A stretch of DNA of 64,000 nucleotides from Flectonema sp. DT1601 (Eukaryota), in the NCBI GenBank assembly GCA_964019425.1, contig OZ025802.1, forward strand, positions 1,116,001 to 1,180,000, in the 5' to 3' direction. Under the pieces are notes generated by a model, which was given only the letters and a program-made list of their open reading frames with translations, searched no databases and was not told the DNA's origin. Below, piece by piece: positions 58,637 to 64,000 of this stretch. A program made the translations under genes and the position numbers. Every line of letters begins with the position of its first letter. Within the stretch, counting starts at the first letter, position 1.

Positions 58637-59034
58637 TTATTGCTGACCTCGTTGTTAATGAGATATCTCGAATAGATACTTGTAAATCTATAATGTGACA
58701 CTTTGATTTACTTTTTTATTTTTTTTGAATCGAATTCGTATTCCGCCCACAATCTTCCAAACAAAAGAAGAGGGCCTGTCTTGTAAGTGAATGATATTCT
58801 TACTTTATATCATACAACGTAGAGGAGATAATTTGGAAAAAAAAAAAAAAAAAAAAAAAACTACTGCTGAAGTTGAGAAAAAGCAATGAAATCGTTGTAG
58901 CAAGGCGGAACAGACAAACAAATATTGTATTTAACTTTCAGTTAGAAAATTGTCTTAAATGAAAAATTAATACTAATTATTTTTATTCAGACACAGTACA
59001 CGCTTCCCCTCACCCTTTTACAATTAGATAAGTA

Positions 59035-59272
59035 ATGAGTATCACTGGCGTTGGTTATGTCCAACAGGAAGATGTGATAACAAAAATAGGTATCGACGCA
59101 CAGAGTAATGATTATAGTTTGAAGGAATATAAAACAAACATCTCAATCAATGATGATAAATCTATCATAAAGAATGTTGTTGAAGAAATTAATAATAAAT
59201 TATTGAGAGGAGAGACTGTCGATTTAGCTAAATATCCTAAATTATGTGTTGTGCACTACAGGGGAGATTTTA

Positions 59273-59304
<32 letters not shown>

Positions 59305-61452
59305 CAGAAACAGACATCACTGGATTCTGATGCCGTGAATCAGTTGATGGAAAGTTCACACTCTGAAGTTACGATTGGCGATGTGAGAAACCAAATTCAC
59401 GATGAGTTAATATTACTGAGAAACACTCGTTGTGATGACGAGTGCTGGTTTTCATGTAATGCTAGACAACACGATAATCAACTTTACAGACACTGCCAAA
59501 GATACATAAATGACAAAAAGCAATTTAAAAAGGAAAGCAAAGCAAAAAAACATCCATGCTACTCCACTCTAACCTTTTCTGATATTCCATACATCTCTAC
59601 CAGTGATACGGTAAAGGCTGCTATTTCAATTGCCCTAAGAACTATATCGGGTATGTGGTATAAAGATTCAAAGGTCAGTGTAACGATGCAGACAATAATT
59701 CAATCTCTCGACGATATAGTGACACAAAGCCCTTTGTTTACGTCATCTCTACACGCTTCGGATCGTATCGATATTAAAAATACACTTTCAAGGGATCGAG
59801 AAACCATATTCTTAGGCTCTATACCCAAAGAAAAAATTGTAGATACCGTTAGCTTCCCTTATGTAGACAGGTCTTGTTTACCTAGAGAAGTGTGTGATCG
59901 TTTTCAGAGTGAGCCGATAAATAGAAAAAACCTAATGAACATCGCGGAATGCCACTCCGAACGCATCGAAAATAACACTCGGAGTATAGTGAAATCATTG
60001 GGAGGATGTTTGGTTTATATTTTATTAGATGGGACCCTCTCTTTGAAACCTTTATCTGTATCTGACATGGACAGGTGTCGTAACACCAGAAAAGATTTTG
60101 ATATTAATTCGACGTTGAAATTATTTATTGATTCAAGAAAGAAGTCTTCGGTTGCTGTCTCTCGGAAAGCATTTAGCCGGGGAATTGGTAGACGAGGTCG
60201 AGGTCATCCATTATATCAAAATAACTCCTCAGTTCCAATGATAACATCTGGTCGAGGATCTACTCCAATTGGTAGAGGTGCTTTCTTTATGAGAAAAAGT
60301 TCTCATCCTCCAAATATAACTACAGGACGTCAATTGTTATTACCACGTCCAGAAATACTAAAACTGAGATTAGACGCCCTTCAACAAAAAGACATCATTG
60401 ATAATAATAAAAATGATTCCAACGACATACCTGACGACAGTACGATGCCTGAATTGGAAACTGAAGTACAAAGTGAATCCAACACATCTCATCCAAGATA
60501 TGCTCAACGAATAAAACAAATAAAGATTGGTAAGTGTACTGTTGGATATACTAATTATTTATCATCTGTTCCACTATGTCAAAGAATACCAAATATCCAT
60601 TTAGAAACTCCCAGGGTAAATTCTGAAACAATCATAAGTTCAACCAAACGAGTATTCGAAGCAGAAATGAAGATATGGAGAAGGTATCTTCACACTTATG
60701 ATGATCTAAACAATCTCCCACCAGAAGCTTTATTAAAGTTGAGTGTTCATTGTGAGCAGGTAGATCAAGAAGTTGAGGTTCAGAGTAGTTCCATTCCGTG
60801 TGTTTCAATTCCTCAAAACATACCAACCGAAGTATTGTTACAGAAATTAGAATTGGAAGTACAACAGGTATTTAATCAACTTCAGAGTCTATCATCTCAG
60901 ACTATGCCACAACAGGTATCGTTTGAACAGCAACTACGACAACTAAAACATCAACAAGATGCTGAATGTGAGAAATCTAATAAAATTGTTGCGGAACACC
61001 ATGCGAAGGAACAATTGTTACTTCAACAACAACACAGAAAACAGATGCTTCCGACAGTATATCAGCTATCACAGATCCAACAATTACAGATGAGACAGAA
61101 ATGCCAACTAATACAAATCCAAAAGCAGCAAGAAACAAAGCACCTCGCAGTCACATCTCAAGTTAAGCAACAATACGACGGTTTGATGAGAAGTATTCGA
61201 CACAAAGAACAATACTTCAAACAACAAATGTTGGTTATGGCTCATCAGCATGAGCAGCTTCTTCGAGGGACGGAGGTGCAAAAGTTATCTGAAAAACAAC
61301 AAGTTTGGAGACAGCAGCTTCAAGATTCGAAGGAAGCAGCGCCCGTAGTCCCTGAGAATGAAATACCTGAATCTATAATCTCTTCTGATGTTACCCATGA
61401 AGATTCTGACACTGATTCAGATGAAATAATCTTGGTATCTAATTTATTGTAA
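59035..61452 (+). CDS. 805-aa protein with an SLBP-type (histone mRNA stem-loop binding) RNA-binding domain, RG-rich segments and a Q-rich coiled coil
   Basis: 60490-60705 encodes RYAQRIKQIKIGKCTVGYTNYLSSVP..QR....HLETP......STKRVFEAEMKIWRRYLHTYD, matching the SLBP pattern R-QKQI-YGKNT-AY-Y--VP---R---HP-TP----S-R-W---K-W---LH-WD. Confidence 0.8.
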
Positions 61453-61776
61453 CTAATCTTTTTCTCGCTCTTTTTTACACGAAACGTTATTTATGGTAAC
61501 AGAAAACAGGAATACTTTCCATTTGAATAAGGGAATGTAATTTTTTTTAAATAAATTATTCGTGTTTTCTTTTTTTTTTTCTTTTCTTTTTGTTCACCTT
61601 CCCCTCTTTAAGAACTGAATTTAACTGAAAAACGATAAACTTAACACTATTCTTCTTAATCCAGACAACAACACCTTTTTGTATTCTAAATACCCATCTT
61701 TTGTTAAGTGTCTTCACGTTAAGTGTCATTTTATTAGTCTTTTTTTCTTTGATAGTTTATTCATATAACCAACGCC

Positions 61777-62358
61777 ATGTTCGAATTTTCAGACCTGGAC
61801 GATCTGCAACCGGTATCGGAGGGTGAGCTGTTGGGAAGTTTAAGAAAATGTAAAAACATGATAATGACACCGTACTGCGTTCAGGCAGTTAAGAAATTAA
61901 ACAGCAAATATGGTTCTGAGAATAGAGTGCTGTTGGTGGCTTCACTAGCAGGTGTGGTTGATAAAGAAACTGTTTTGTTCAGTTGTTGTGGAAAATCGAA
62001 TGTTAAAAGAGTAATATGGATTTATGATCTCAACAGGATATTATTACTACCTTCTGTGAATAAGAAATCCTCAATGAGAATAATTCTCGATCTGAATAAG
62101 GAAAGAGATTACGTGTTTGATACTCCTACATCAGATCCTAGTGAAGCATACAACTTCCTTAATATAGTAAATACACTTTGGAAACAACGAACTGAATCAG
62201 ACAAAGATCTAAAACTTGTTGACCTTCGAAAAGAAATAAATATAAAATACAAACGAGATAAGAATCCAAAACCAAAGTATAATATTGGAACATCTATCGC
62301 TAGAATGAGGTGGCCAAAACAAGGTTCCCTTGATGAGTTATTAGGCAAGGCTTCGTGA
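61777..62358 (+). CDS. 193-aa hypothetical protein, possibly PH-like fold
   Basis: VKKLNSKYGSENRVLLV...VKRVIWIYDLNRI...ERDYVF resembles PH-like beta-strand patterns (weak). Confidence 0.6.
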   Translation: MFEFSDLDDLQPVSEGELLGSLRKCKNMIMTPYCVQAVKKLNSKYGSENRVLLVASLAGVVDKETVLFSCCGKSNVKRVIWIYDLNRILLLPSVNKKSSMRIILDLNKERDYVFDTPTSDPSEAYNFLNIVNTLWKQRTESDKDLKLVDLRKEINIKYKRDKNPKPKYNIGTSIARMRWPKQGSLDELLGKAS

Positions 62359-63018
62359 ACATCTTTATTAATAATAATAAATAATTAAAAAAAAGAATGG
62401 GCTTTTATTCCTTAAGCTATACAGAAAATAAGTAATATGACGCTGTGATTTTTTTGTTTTGTTTTTGTGTCACGAAAACCGTGTAACCGACTTAAACTGA
62501 AAAACTAAAGGAGGTTTACAATACTTGTTAAATGCAAAAAAAAAAAAAAAAAAAAAAAAAACACCCAATCCGTACCATATACATGTTCGGAATATAATTT
62601 CTCTTATTTTGTTTTACTCTCTGACTTGTTAATAATGCCTCATCAATCTCTGAATGTTGAATCACTCAGATGGTGAATTTCACGATAAAAAATACATTTT
62701 TGATGAGATTTTTCTTAAGTAAAGACAGTAGTTTTTAGAGACTTTTTTTTGTGTTTTTTTTTTTCGTTTGTTTCTTACATACCTCTCCTACCTCTCCTAT
62801 TATATAACTGTTATTCTCAATTCTATTCTTGTAGAAAGGCAGTATTCTAAATATTAATTAATATTCACCCCACCCCTAGGTTTGGCCGAACCCTATTCTC
62901 GTTTTAGCCAGTTTCAAGTTGCTCTCCATTTAGTATAAATATCAAGTTACACCCCTTGATTTATAATACGAAATAACGGGTTCAACGACGTCTTTTCAGT
63001 AAAAACAAAAATATATTT

Positions 63019-63057
<39 letters not shown>

Positions 63058-63609
63058 ATTAACAACTACAAATATTTTTTCTAGTCAAAGTACTTGATAT
63101 TACTTTTTGTTTTCAATACCCTAACAGTTGTTACTATTTTTTTACATCCTTATTTATTTATTTATCCAAGTCCCCCTTCCTAGATGACAGTATCTAAAAA
63201 CTAATGTAAAATTATCCTTATGTTATTTTATGATACAATATATTTGTATTTTATTCTTTTTAACCTTGAATTCGGAGACATGCTCTCCCTAATAAAACTG
63301 TCACTGAATGAAAAAACTTACATAAGCTGGGATATAGAACATGTAGTTCTTTGAAGTTTACTTTTCTCATTTACATAAAGACATTTAAGAATCTATTATG
63401 CCTTACGTTTATTCTATTCCTAGTTACATATGGTAAACATTGAGGTAGCCCAAATCCCTTAATGTGAGAACCCTAACAGTCTCGTATAAGAACATGGAAG
63501 AACACGGTGGTGTTCCCCACTCTGGACTTCTATAAGAAAACTTCCTTAACTTCAGACCCGTTTAATGCCCCCAACATGTTGAACTTTTCAACTCTCCAAA
63601 GTCTATCTC

Positions 63610-63960
63610 TAACTTAATTCGGACATTGTTATCTCAATTTATTTCAAGTGAATGCTCCGCTAGTAGCGTGCTACGAACTGTCAATTATTACTAACAATTT
63701 TTTTTTATTTTTTTATTGTGAAGAATCTTGTTAAGAGATATGTTACATTTTATGTTTTTATATGAAGATTGTTTATTTCTATAAGTGAAACCTACACTCT
63801 GCCTTATTACATTAAATCCTGGTTTTGGTTCCCAGGGCTCACGATTAATAACTAGATTCTGTGCTGCACTGAATGACATATACGTCAGAAGGCTAAGCTA
63901 TGTTTTAATGTTATTAGTCACTGTGTCATTAGTTGACTTTATTATTTAACTTTGATACAA
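63610..63960. repeat. Family D repeat copy
   Basis: Collinear with 46991-47400; a partial related segment lies at ~63210-63280. Confidence 0.9.
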
Positions 63961-64000
63961 TAGAGAGGTTTATATTCGCTAACATCTTCGTATAAACCTA

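Noticed and set aside
59248..59307. Possible in-frame intron covering the (AAT)n poly-Asn run
   Set aside because: The acceptor looks plausible, but the donor GTTGTG does not match the GTATG consensus seen elsewhere; cannot be supported.

Overview
AT-rich eukaryotic nuclear DNA, most likely from an intron-bearing euglenozoan such as a diplonemid. This is inferred from the beta-tubulin sequence, a BILBO1-N-like domain, a trypanosome-type receptor cyclase domain and euglenozoan-like 18S fragments. About 21 credible protein genes all lie on the + strand, as in a polycistronic cluster: ARL2, a repeat/Sfi1-like scaffold, a polyQ protein, an aquaporin fusion, a PAP-PBP-cyclase receptor, beta-tubulin, CAP-H2, TMEM107, an FAD monooxygenase, a CAP-domain secreted protein, a ferric reductase, VIT1, an ALDH, a DCTPP1-like protein, a LamG multi-TM receptor, a PPR protein, a Cys-rich surface protein, an SLBP-domain protein and several unknowns. 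Eleven GT-AG introns can be placed by reading-frame logic. Ten start GTATG, all end ACAG, and they have A/CA-rich rather than polypyrimidine 3' ends. The most notable items are: (1) a BILBO1-N-like domain fused to an aquaporin with NPI/HPA motifs, visible only after splicing; (2) a receptor joining an apparently dead purple acid phosphatase, a periplasmic-binding domain, a TM helix and an apparently dead adenylate cyclase; (3) two decayed, adjoining 18S rRNA fragments, one inside an intron and one between ~130-bp direct repeats; (4) several small dispersed repeat families, one with Helentron/MITE-like structure. Domain calls come from motif recognition by eye; no searches were run.
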